The notes under the pieces are model-generated. The model saw nothing but the letters and a program-made list of their open reading frames with translations, was not told the DNA's origin and ran no database searches. A stretch of 16,200 nucleotides of DNA, taken from NCBI GenBank assembly GCA_964619725.1, contig CAZUFC010000052.1, positions 1 through 16,200 on the forward strand, in the 5' to 3' direction. Within the stretch, counting starts at the first letter, position 1, and each line of letters opens with the position of its first letter. This DNA is from an uncultured bacterium (GTDB taxonomy: Bacteria; CSSED10-310; CAZUFC01). The position numbers and the translations under genes were made by a program. Shown here piece by piece: positions 16,064 through 16,200 of this stretch.

Positions 16064-16200
16064 TTTTGCGGAGGGCTCTGCGGAGGGCTCTGACACCCGT
16101 GCGAGCCCTAGCACCTCCGCAGTGAGATAGGTGTACCGGGGTTTTGCGGAGGGCTCTGACCCCCGTGCGAGCCCTTGGACCACCGAAGTGAGATAGGTGT
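16064..16200. repeat. Tandem palindromic REP-like repeats (66-bp period), truncated by the window edge
   Basis: Units starting at 16080 and 16146 match at 50/55 nt; each contains AGGGCTC...GAGCCCT; an extra 12-bp duplication GCGGAGGGCTCT at 16068-16079. Confidence 0.8.

Noticed and set aside
16064-16200. CRISPR array
   Set aside because: Similarity runs across the whole visible unit with no unique spacers, and no cas genes are in the window.

Overview
Bacterial chromosomal-type window with about 11 protein-coding genes. In order: an arylsulfotransferase (ASST)-like beta-propeller; an alkaline-phosphatase-superfamily (NPP-type) lipoprotein; a decayed FG-GAP-repeat gene fragment; a circularly permuted ATP-grasp ligase; a Pat/YfiQ-type acyl-CoA synthetase-GNAT fusion; a small hypothetical gene divergent from a TPR-PilZ gene; a hicB-hicA toxin-antitoxin pair; a long class-V PLP enzyme; a radical SAM/SPASM gene coupled to a secreted TolB-like propeller; and REP-like repeats at the right edge. 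Two observations stand out. (1) The class-V PLP (cysteine desulfurase-like) protein looks like an internally duplicated single-chain pseudo-dimer: the N-terminal copy keeps the PLP Lys and candidate catalytic Cys, while the C-terminal copy keeps the partner-subunit loops that the first copy lost. (2) hicBA lies in a solitary integron-type cassette (well-formed attC, matching core site, no integrase in the window), and the toxin start codon reads ATA in an ATAA overlap with the antitoxin stop. All assignments come from motifs recognised by eye; no searches were run.
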